Of a stretch of 22,225 nucleotides of DNA, positions 8,626 to 16,338 are shown one piece after another. The DNA lies in NCBI GenBank assembly GCA_041288095.1, contig JBGGMJ010000157.1, positions 1 to 22,225 on the forward strand, in the 5' to 3' direction. The position numbers and the translations under genes are program-made. Under the pieces are notes generated by a model. It was given only the letters and a program-made list of their open reading frames with translations, ran no database searches and was not told the origin of the DNA. Every line of letters starts with the position of its first letter. The stretch's first letter is position 1. This DNA comes from Myxococcota bacterium (lineage in GTDB: Bacteria > Myxococcota > XYA12-FULL-58-9 > JALHOP01).

Positions 8626-8664
8626 TGGGCGCTCCAATAGTGGAACTACGTTTGAACAGCGGAC

Positions 8665-8688
8665 ACTACCTATCTACTAGTAGGTAGT
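8665..8688. promoter_or_regulatory. Palindromic operator, probably bound by the adjacent TetR
   Basis: ACTACCTA-N8-TAGGTAGT with perfect arms, containing near-perfect TATCTACTAGTAGGTA; AT-rich and between divergent genes. Confidence 0.75.
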
Positions 8689-8701
8689 ACGGCAAGCGTC
8701 G

Positions 8702-8710
8702 TGATAGGTT
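8702..8710 (+). promoter_or_regulatory. Candidate extended -10 element (TGnTAnnnT) for tetR
   Basis: TGATAGGTT ends 8 nt before GTG 8719 and lies next to the operator. Confidence 0.4.
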
Positions 8711-8718
8711 TCCGGATA

Positions 8719-9327
8719 GTGAAGGCCGTCCAACGCCGCCCTGTTGCCGTGAGCGACACCCGTGACCGCGTGCTCGATGCCGCGGAGCGCTTGGTCCAGA
8801 CCATGGGCTTCAACTGGTTCAGCTACGCCGATATCGCGAGCGAGCTAGCCATCCGCAAGGCGAGCGTCCACCACCACTTCGCAACCAAGGCGGAGCTCGG
8901 TCGAGCAATGATCGCGCGCTACAGTGAAAGCTTCGCGGCGGCACTCGATGCTATCGGCCGCGCTCGCGTCGATGCCGCGACGAAGCTCACGCGCTACGCC
9001 AAGCTCTACGAGACCGTGCTCCGCGATAACAGACTATGCCTGTGTGCCGTGCTTGCCGCGGAGTACGGCTCGCTGCCCGCCCCCATGCAAGCCGAAATTC
9101 GACGCTTCTTCGACCGTAACGAACACTGGCTCGCGAAGGTCATCGAGGAGGGCCGGCAGGCCAAGACCATCACCATCAACGGCTCACCCATCGACGTCGC
9201 TCGCATGCTCCTATCGTCGCTCGAGGGCGCGATGCTGGTGGCTCGACCTTACGGCGACGCGAAACGCTTCGCCGCCGCGGCCGCTCTCGTCGTCAGCGGC
9301 CTACGCACTGTCGGCAAGTCAACGTAA
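8719..9327 (+). CDS. TetR/AcrR family transcriptional regulator (start uncertain: 8701, 8719 or 8749)
   Basis: TRDRVLDAAERL...GFNWFSYADIASELAIRKASVHHHFATKAEL HTH; LCLC motif and SLEGAML in the C-terminal domain. Confidence 0.95.
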   Translation: MKAVQRRPVAVSDTRDRVLDAAERLVQTMGFNWFSYADIASELAIRKASVHHHFATKAELGRAMIARYSESFAAALDAIGRARVDAATKLTRYAKLYETVLRDNRLCLCAVLAAEYGSLPAPMQAEIRRFFDRNEHWLAKVIEEGRQAKTITINGSPIDVARMLLSSLEGAMLVARPYGDAKRFAAAAALVVSGLRTVGKST

Positions 9328-9332
9328 CGGCG

Positions 9333-9359
9333 GCAACTTTCGCGCAGGCGGGCCGATAA
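9333..9359 (+). promoter_or_regulatory. Candidate sigma28/FliA-type promoter
   Basis: GCAACTTT-N11-GCCGATAA compared with consensus TAAAGTTT-N11-GCCGATAA. Confidence 0.5.
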
Positions 9360-9370
9360 CGAACCTCGAG

Positions 9371-10450
9371 ATGAGAGCATGGGCATTGTTTGGTCCGACG
9401 GTAACCGCGCACATCGCTGATGTGCCCCCGCTCGTGCTCCCGACCGCCTCGCCAATCACGAGACCGGACGCGGTGTTACGCGTCGGCGGTGATGAGCCCC
9501 GCGACTGGGTTTTCCTGAAGGCACTCGAGCTCGCCCAAGTCTTCGCTGCCCAGCCGTCGCCCGATTCGAAAGGCCCGCTCCTGCATGTCCTCGAGACGCT
9601 GAGCCGACTACGGCCCGCCGAGAAGCCGTCCTACGACGAGCTCGTTACCGTGGGCCGCCTGCAACGTGAGATTCACGGGCTGGCGGCGAACCCCGCGAAC
9701 GCGGAGCTCGCGTGGGTCGGTAGCGCCATCGCCCGATTCGCCGAGACCTACAGCGACGGCAAGACGATTACGGCCCTGTGTCGCGAGAACTATTCGAAAG
9801 CTCGCGGGGTTCGCTGGAAGGCGCACGCCGACAGTTATTACGGCCCCGAGCAAGCACGCGCCACCTACGACGTCCTGCGCACAGCAGGCTTCGTGCCCTC
9901 CGCCGACGGACCACTGCGCTTCGTTAGCGCCGCCGCCAACGCCGGCACGCATGAGGCCGCATTCTTCGAGCGTGACGCCGAAGTCACACCTGACCGCAAA
10001 GGCGGACGCCAGTTCATCGTTGGCGACATCGCCGAGGTTCCGCGGCGCACCCTCCCTGGCCCGAGCTTCGGCCCCGGCTTTCTGCACGTACGCTGGGACG
10101 CCCACAAGCTGCCGTTAGCGGCGAACAGCATCGACATCATCTGGGATCGCAAAGGCCGCACCTGGTTCGCGCTGAGGAATGACCGCCTCAAAGACGTCGC
10201 CCAGACGCGCTCACCGCTCTTGGCGCTGGCGGTTCTCCAGCACTACCACGAGCTCCTCAAGCCGGGTGGGCACGTCGTGCTCGACGCCATCGAGGGTATC
10301 GAGGCGCAATGGGAAGAGTCGACGGCCGGCGCGATCCGAACCAACACCGAGAGCGGAGGAGTCGACCTGTTGAGCTTGATTCGCTCGCGCTTCGACGTGC
10401 GCTTCGTCGGCGACGGCGTGACCCGTTGCCTCGTGCTAACCAAGCGCTAG
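9371..10450 (+). CDS. Hypothetical protein with a C-terminal divergent class I methyltransferase-like fold (about 359 aa)
   Basis: IVGDI, WDAHKLPLAANSIDIIWDR and HELLKPGGHVVLD resemble MTase motifs; motif I is degenerate (FVSAAANAG); ORF portion before 9371 overlaps tetR and is judged non-coding. Confidence 0.65.
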   Translation: MRAWALFGPTVTAHIADVPPLVLPTASPITRPDAVLRVGGDEPRDWVFLKALELAQVFAAQPSPDSKGPLLHVLETLSRLRPAEKPSYDELVTVGRLQREIHGLAANPANAELAWVGSAIARFAETYSDGKTITALCRENYSKARGVRWKAHADSYYGPEQARATYDVLRTAGFVPSADGPLRFVSAAANAGTHEAAFFERDAEVTPDRKGGRQFIVGDIAEVPRRTLPGPSFGPGFLHVRWDAHKLPLAANSIDIIWDRKGRTWFALRNDRLKDVAQTRSPLLALAVLQHYHELLKPGGHVVLDAIEGIEAQWEESTAGAIRTNTESGGVDLLSLIRSRFDVRFVGDGVTRCLVLTKR

Positions 10451-12150
10451 GCCGCGAGCACCTTGCGCACGTTGGCCGCCGCCTCGAAGGCCGCCGCGAA
10501 TGCAATCTCGAACCCGCTCAACGCGTGGTTGTCCTGCTGCGCGAAGAAGATGCGACCGTGGTGGGGCGCCGACGCTTTGGCGGTCACGCCCCCCGAGATG
10601 AGGCCCGGCGTCGGCATGACCATGGGGTGGCCCCACCCGGAGGCGCGCACATCGACGACCTTGGACGGATCCATCCCCAATGCCTTCACGACCTTGGGGA
10701 TGAAGGGCTCGAGCATTTGCTTGTGCTTCTCGTAGCTCCCCGGCTGGTAGAGCTCCATGCGTGACTCATCGTAGGGCATGCCGCGGAACAGGTTGAGGAC
10801 GGTGCGCTCCGGGTGGCCGTTGCTCGCAAAGGTGGCGAGCACGCAATCGGTGAACGGGCGCTTCACGACTTCGTCCTTGAGTGAGCCTTCCGGAGCCTTG
10901 CCGGCGATGCAGTAGAGGTCGTGGAAGTCGGGCTCGCGCGCTTGTTCGATGAGGACGTGACCGACGATATAGGCGCGGTACTTGAGCTTGTTGATGGCGT
11001 CGAGCTGCTCTTGCGGCAAGTCGTCGATGAGCTTCTTGGCGACGAACTTGGGTGTGCAGACGATGCAGGTGTCCGCCAAAATGGTGTGCAGCTTCTCGTC
11101 GGCGCCGACGTAGGTGACGCGCACGCCGTCTTCGGCGCGGCGCACGTCGAGGACGCGCAACGAGGAGCGAATCGCGTCTTGCCCGAGGTCCTTGCGAAGA
11201 CGCGTGACCAACGCCTGACTGATGGCCGCGTTGCCGCCGGGGAAGGCGTACATGCCGCCCAGGTCGGAGGCGAGGAAGTTCAGGCCCGCGGCGGCGGAGA
11301 TCTCGGTGTAGTCGCCGCCGAACGAGCTCCAGCAATACTGCCGCACCACATCCTCGACGTGCGGGTGCAACTGCTTGCCGAGCTGATCACGTAGCTCTTG
11401 CTGGAACGTCTTCTGGTCGAGCTTGGCGAATTGCTCGGGCGACAGATCGCCCTTCGGATCGAACGGCACTTCCGGGAACTGCTTCTCGCGCACACGTTTG
11501 AAGTAGTTCCAGGCCGCCACGAAGTCCTTGGCGCGCTTCTGGTCGGTGCCGCCGAACCAGAACTCTTTGTGGACGATACCGTCGATGTACATCTGGTCGT
11601 GCGTGGGGTCGTCGAAGCGGCCCGTGAGCCCCAAGTCGGCGAGCATCTTCATGTGCTCGTCGCCGTGCGTGGCGTTGGTGATGTACGCGGAGCCCATCCC
11701 GTAGGTGACGCCCTTCCAGATCTGGCCTTTGGCGTTTCCGCCTAAGCGGACCGCGCCCTCGAGGAGCAGCGGCTTGAGCTCGCGCGTGAGATAGGCAGCC
11801 GAAAGGCCCCCTAACCCACCGCCGACGATGCACACCTTGGTGCGCTCGAAGCTCGCGACATCGGTAGGCAGGCCGCCGTACTGCTGCACCGAGGCGGCTT
11901 TGTTCCACAAGAGCGGATGGAAGCGGTTCGGGTCATCGCCGAAGAAGCCGCTGGGCGCGTTCTCCGGATGCGTGACGATCGGATTGTCATCGACCGTCAT
12001 CGCCACCGGTTTGGTTTCGGGGGTAGTCGGCGGGAGCACGTCCTTGGGCTGGCCGGTGAGCTTGTCGCAACCGGCAAGGGCGACGGATGCTCCGGCGGCG
12101 GCGGTCGTCGCGAGGAAGCTGCGGCGGGTGATGACGTGCCAATCAGACAT
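10447..12150 (-). CDS. Tat-exported FAD-dependent oxidoreductase lipoprotein (flavin amine oxidase superfamily; candidate polyamine oxidase/dehydrogenase)
   Basis: ATG 12150 gives MSDWHVITRRSFL (twin-Arg) and LAG-C lipobox; CIVGGGLGGLSAA..LLE...RLGG FAD motifs; FPGGN; WGHPM. Confidence 0.85.
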   Translation of the reverse strand: MSDWHVITRRSFLATTAAAGASVALAGCDKLTGQPKDVLPPTTPETKPVAMTVDDNPIVTHPENAPSGFFGDDPNRFHPLLWNKAASVQQYGGLPTDVASFERTKVCIVGGGLGGLSAAYLTRELKPLLLEGAVRLGGNAKGQIWKGVTYGMGSAYITNATHGDEHMKMLADLGLTGRFDDPTHDQMYIDGIVHKEFWFGGTDQKRAKDFVAAWNYFKRVREKQFPEVPFDPKGDLSPEQFAKLDQKTFQQELRDQLGKQLHPHVEDVVRQYCWSSFGGDYTEISAAAGLNFLASDLGGMYAFPGGNAAISQALVTRLRKDLGQDAIRSSLRVLDVRRAEDGVRVTYVGADEKLHTILADTCIVCTPKFVAKKLIDDLPQEQLDAINKLKYRAYIVGHVLIEQAREPDFHDLYCIAGKAPEGSLKDEVVKRPFTDCVLATFASNGHPERTVLNLFRGMPYDESRMELYQPGSYEKHKQMLEPFIPKVVKALGMDPSKVVDVRASGWGHPMVMPTPGLISGGVTAKASAPHHGRIFFAQQDNHALSGFEIAFAAAFEAAANVRKVLAA

Positions 12151-13549
12151 TCGAGGCTCTCTCTCGTAGGAAGAGGACGACGAGGCCGGAGACGGACACG
12201 GCGAGCGCCGAGCCGAGCGGGAACCATCCGCCATCGCGGATCCAAATTAGGTTGACGATCATCGCGACGCCGTAGACCTGGGCGACGATCGCCACCGGCA
12301 TGGCCCAGCGCCCCAGCTGGAAGTGTCCTTGGCAACGGGCGCCCCGCCGGCGCGCCATGATGTAGCCCAACACCACTAGCTGGAAGGACACGTAGATGCC
12401 GACGGCCGCGTAGCTGACGATGACCGCTTCGGCGTCGGCGACGAGGCCTGTGAACAGGAGCGTCACCAGGGCGACGATACCCGTGAAGACGAGCGCGGCG
12501 ATGGGCGCCTTCGACGCCGGCGCGACCATCGAGAGGGTCTTCCATGCCGGGATCTTCTTGTCGCGGGCGTAAGCGAAGACGAGACGCGCGCACGCCGCCT
12601 GGATGGCGGTGGCGCACGAGAAATAGGCGAAGACGATGAGCACCAGGGTCACCGCGGCCATGACCTTGCCGAGGCGAGCCTCGAAGATCATCGGGATGGC
12701 CTTGTTGGGATCGGCCATCACCGCGTCGAATGAAGGCGTCGCGAGCACCAAGGTCACGACCAGCAAGGCCGTGACGACGACGGCGCTGGCGAGCGAGGCG
12801 AGCATGGCGCGGGGCACCTTGCGGCTCGCGTCGACGACCTCTTCCGCCACGTCACCAGCGGACTCGAAACCGTAGAACACCCAGACCGCGCCGAGCATGG
12901 CGGCCATGAACCCCGGCAGGTACGAACCGCCCTCACCCGCTCCCGCCGTCGTGAGCAGCACCGACGCCGGCTGCGACAGCCCCGCCGCGATCAGCACCCC
13001 AGCGATGACCACCGTTGCGGACACCTCACCAGCGACACCCAGGTTGGTGATGAAGGCCGAAGCGCGGACGCCGACGACATTGAACACCGAGTGCACCACG
13101 AGCAACGTGACCGCGATGGCGAGCTTCACCGAAGGCGTCGGCTCGAGCCCGAAGATCTGCGCGACGTACGGCGCGCCGGCGTAGTCGACGGCGGCGATGG
13201 TCGTGAGCAGCGCCCAGCCGTAGATCCAGCCGACCATCCAGCCATAGCGCGGCCCGACCAGGAGCTTGCCCCACTGGTAGAGCGCGCCGGCGAGCGGATA
13301 CGCCGATGCCACCTCGGCGAAGACCAGCGCCACCATGAACTGGCCGAAGGCGACGATGGGGATCGACCAGATGAAGGCCGGGCCACCGAGCTTCAAGGCG
13401 TAGCCGAACAGCGAATAGACGCCGACGACCGGCGAGATGTAGCTGAACGCGATGCCGAAGTTCGCGAAGAACGACAGCGTTCGATCGAGGTCCTGCTTGT
13501 AACCGAGCTTCTCGAGGAGGGCGCTCGAGTTGTCCTGGCCTTCAGCCAT
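12143..13549 (-). CDS. APC-family amino acid/polyamine/GABA permease
   Basis: LGYKQDL.RTL..FANFGIAFSYISP, AEVASAYPLAG.LYQW, YGFESAGDVAEE, ARLVFAYARD; about 12 hydrophobic segments. Confidence 0.93.
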   Translation of the reverse strand: MAEGQDNSSALLEKLGYKQDLDRTLSFFANFGIAFSYISPVVGVYSLFGYALKLGGPAFIWSIPIVAFGQFMVALVFAEVASAYPLAGALYQWGKLLVGPRYGWMVGWIYGWALLTTIAAVDYAGAPYVAQIFGLEPTPSVKLAIAVTLLVVHSVFNVVGVRASAFITNLGVAGEVSATVVIAGVLIAAGLSQPASVLLTTAGAGEGGSYLPGFMAAMLGAVWVFYGFESAGDVAEEVVDASRKVPRAMLASLASAVVVTALLVVTLVLATPSFDAVMADPNKAIPMIFEARLGKVMAAVTLVLIVFAYFSCATAIQAACARLVFAYARDKKIPAWKTLSMVAPASKAPIAALVFTGIVALVTLLFTGLVADAEAVIVSYAAVGIYVSFQLVVLGYIMARRRGARCQGHFQLGRWAMPVAIVAQVYGVAMIVNLIWIRDGGWFPLGSALAVSVSGLVVLFLRERASNV

Positions 13550-14834
13550 CGAGCAGCGCGTTCTCGAGAATGGTCAGACCCTCGTCGAGCTCGGCTTCGC
13601 TGATCACCAGCGGCACCAGGATGCGGATGCAATTGGCGTAGGTACCGGCGCCGAGGATGATGAGGCCCTTGGCGAGGCATCGCTCCTTGACGCGAGTAGC
13701 GAGCTCGGGAGCGGGCTCGCGGGTCGCTTTGTCCTTCACGAGCTCGATGGCGAGCATCGCCCCGAGACCGCGAATGTCACCCAAGTGCGGCGACTTCGAC
13801 GCCCACTGCTCGAAGCGCGCCCGCATCGTGTTGCCCAGCACCGAAGCGCGCTCGACCAACTTCTCGCTCTCGATCACGTCCATGGTGGCGAGCGCGGCGG
13901 CGCAGGCCAGCGGGTTACCCGCGTAGGTTCCGCCGAGGGCGCCCGGTAGCGCCTTGTCCACGATAACGGACTTGCCGACCACTCCAGCGAGCGGCATGCC
14001 GCCGGCGACCGACTTGGCGAAGGTCATGAGATCCGGCTCGAGCCCCAAGACCTGCGACGCGAACATGGCGCCGGTGCGGCCGAAGCCCGTCTGAATCTCG
14101 TCGGCGATGAGCACGATGCCGTTCTTGTCGCAGAAGGCGCGCAGGTTCTTGAGGAACTCGACGGGCGCCGGAATGAAGCCACCTTCGCCAAGGACCGGCT
14201 CGAGGATGACGGCCGAGACCGCCTCGGGGGCGACGATATTCTTGAGCAGACCTTCGAACGCGACGTTCCCTTCGCCACGATAGGCGTAGGGAAACGGCAG
14301 CCGATAGACCTCGGGCGCGAATGCTCCGCCGACCTTGTAGGGCTGCACTTTGCCGGTGAGCGTCATGCCGAGCAGAGTGCGTCCGTGGAAAGCGTGGTTG
14401 AACGCGATAACGGCCTGGCGGCCGGTGGCGACGCGCGCAATCTTGACGGCGTTCTCGACCGCCTCGGCGCCCGTGGAGACGAGCAATGTCTTCTTGTCGC
14501 CGGGGATGGGCGACAACTTGGCCACGCGCTCGCAAACCGCGACATACGATTCGTAGGCCGCGACCTGGAAAGCCATGTGCGTCATGGCTTTCGCCTGCTC
14601 CGCGATAGCGGCAGCGACCTTGGGGTGTGAATGTCCAACGGCCAAGACGCCGATGCCGCTCGCGAAGTCGAGGAAGGTGTTGCCGTCGACGTCGGTGACC
14701 TGGGCGCCCTTACCGCTGGCGACGAACATCGGCATGCCGGTGGCGATGCCGTTCATGACCGCGGCCTTGCGACGGGTCTGCAGGGCTTTGCTCTTGGGGC
14801 CGGGGACTTCGGTAACCAGACGAATGACGCTCAT
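13542..14834 (-). CDS. gabT: 4-aminobutyrate--2-oxoglutarate aminotransferase (class III PLP)
   Basis: DVDGN.FLDFASGI, TGAEAVENAVKIAR, AFHGRT, EPVLGEGG, IADEIQTGFGRTG, FAKSVAGG (PLP Lys), GGTYAGNP. Confidence 0.92.
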   Translation of the reverse strand: MSVIRLVTEVPGPKSKALQTRRKAAVMNGIATGMPMFVASGKGAQVTDVDGNTFLDFASGIGVLAVGHSHPKVAAAIAEQAKAMTHMAFQVAAYESYVAVCERVAKLSPIPGDKKTLLVSTGAEAVENAVKIARVATGRQAVIAFNHAFHGRTLLGMTLTGKVQPYKVGGAFAPEVYRLPFPYAYRGEGNVAFEGLLKNIVAPEAVSAVILEPVLGEGGFIPAPVEFLKNLRAFCDKNGIVLIADEIQTGFGRTGAMFASQVLGLEPDLMTFAKSVAGGMPLAGVVGKSVIVDKALPGALGGTYAGNPLACAAALATMDVIESEKLVERASVLGNTMRARFEQWASKSPHLGDIRGLGAMLAIELVKDKATREPAPELATRVKERCLAKGLIILGAGTYANCIRILVPLVISEAELDEGLTILENALLDG

Positions 14835-16292
14835 TTAGTACCAACCAATCGGTTCTTCGCGCAGATTGATGTTCACTTGCTTGACCTCGAGATACGCCTC
14901 GATGCCGAACAGCCCCAGCTCACGGCCGAAGCCGCTCTGCTTGTACCCGCCCCACGGCGCTTCGTTGTAGGTCGGGTGGTAGGTGTTGAGCCACTGAATC
15001 CCGGCGCGGATCTCTTTCATCACGCGCATGCCCTTCATGACGTCACGGGTCCAAACGCCGGCCGCGAGACCGTAGGGGGTGTCGTTGGCCATGCGAATCG
15101 CGTCGGCCTCGTTCTTGAACGGCGCCACCGCCAGCACCGGTCCGAAGATCTCCTCGCGCATGACGCGGGCGTTCTCGGCGACATCGACGAAGATGGTCGG
15201 CTCGACGAACCAGCCCTTCGAGAGCTCGCCGTCCTTGGGCACGCCGCCACCGAGGACGAGCTTCGCTTCTTTCTTGCCGATCTCGATGTACGAGAGCACG
15301 CGCTCACGGTGCTCTTTGGTGACGAGCGGCCCCATCTTGGTCTCGCGCTTCATGGGGTCGCCAATCTTCACGCGCTTGCCGCGCTCGGCGAGCTCTTTGA
15401 CGAACTTGGCGTAGATCGACTCCTCGACCAGGAGGCGCGAGCCCGCCGAGCAGACCTCGCCTTGATTGGCGAAAGCGGCGAAGAGCGCACCGTCGATCGC
15501 GGCGTCGAAGTCCGCGTCAGCGAACACTAGGTTCGGGTTCTTGCCGCCGAGCTCCATGGTGAGCCGCTTCATGGTGTCGGCGCTGGCCTTGATGATGTGC
15601 TTGCCGGCCTCGGTGCCGCCAGTGAAGGCAATCTTGTCGAGGAGCGGATGCACGACCATCGCCGCGCCAGCCTCGGGGCCGTCGCCGGTGACGATGTTGA
15701 CGACTCCCTTGGGAAAGCCGACCTGCTCGATGAGCTTGGCGAGCTTGAGCGCCGAGAGCGGCGACTGCTCGGCGGGCTTGAGCACCGAGGTGCAACCGGC
15801 CGCTAGAGCGGGCCCGAGCTTCCAGGCCGACATGAGCAAGGGGTAATTCCACGGGATGATCTGACCGACGGCGCCAACCGGCTCGCGCATGACCATCGAC
15901 ACCGCGTTGTCGGGCACGGTCAGCGTCTGGCCGTGAATCTTGGTGGCGAGGCCGCCGTAGTATTCGAAGCAGTTGGCGGCGTCGTTGACGTCGAACTCCG
16001 CCTCGACGATCGGCTTACCCATGTTCTGGGTGTCGGTCTTCGCGAGGTCGTCGGCGTTCTGGCGAATGGCGTCGGCGAGCTTGAAGAGGAGCTTGCCGCG
16101 ATCTTGGGCCGTCGTGGTCTTCCACGGACCTTCGTCGAAAGCTTTGCGCGCGGCCTTGGCGGCCCGATCGATGTCGTCGGCGCCGGCCGCCGGGACGTTG
16201 GCCATGGTCGCACCCGTCGTCGGATTCACGACCGGCAGCGTCTTCTTCCCTTTGACCCACTCGCCATCAATGAACATCCGCGGTTCTTCCAT
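14835..16292 (-). CDS. NAD-dependent aldehyde dehydrogenase, betaine-/amino-aldehyde dehydrogenase-like
   Basis: PWNYP, KPAE, FTGGT, MELGGKNP (Glu), NQGEVCSAGS (Cys), EEIFGPV, PWGGYKQSG.GRE. Confidence 0.95.
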   Translation of the reverse strand: MEEPRMFIDGEWVKGKKTLPVVNPTTGATMANVPAAGADDIDRAAKAARKAFDEGPWKTTTAQDRGKLLFKLADAIRQNADDLAKTDTQNMGKPIVEAEFDVNDAANCFEYYGGLATKIHGQTLTVPDNAVSMVMREPVGAVGQIIPWNYPLLMSAWKLGPALAAGCTSVLKPAEQSPLSALKLAKLIEQVGFPKGVVNIVTGDGPEAGAAMVVHPLLDKIAFTGGTEAGKHIIKASADTMKRLTMELGGKNPNLVFADADFDAAIDGALFAAFANQGEVCSAGSRLLVEESIYAKFVKELAERGKRVKIGDPMKRETKMGPLVTKEHRERVLSYIEIGKKEAKLVLGGGVPKDGELSKGWFVEPTIFVDVAENARVMREEIFGPVLAVAPFKNEADAIRMANDTPYGLAAGVWTRDVMKGMRVMKEIRAGIQWLNTYHPTYNEAPWGGYKQSGFGRELGLFGIEAYLEVKQVNINLREEPIGWY

Positions 16293-16338
16293 GAAACGGG
16301 TCTATACCGACGCCCCCCAGACGGTCTAGCTTGCCTCC

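Noticed and set aside
8924..9370. N-terminal extension making a 508-aa ORF that overlaps tetR
   Set aside because: Off-frame Arg/Ser/Pro-rich translation of tetR; an independent promoter-like motif and ATG exist at 9333-9373
12151..12234. Upstream ATG 12234 for the FAD oxidoreductase
   Set aside because: Lies within the permease gene; ATG 12150 puts the Tat motif at the N-terminus and follows a GAGAGAG purine tract
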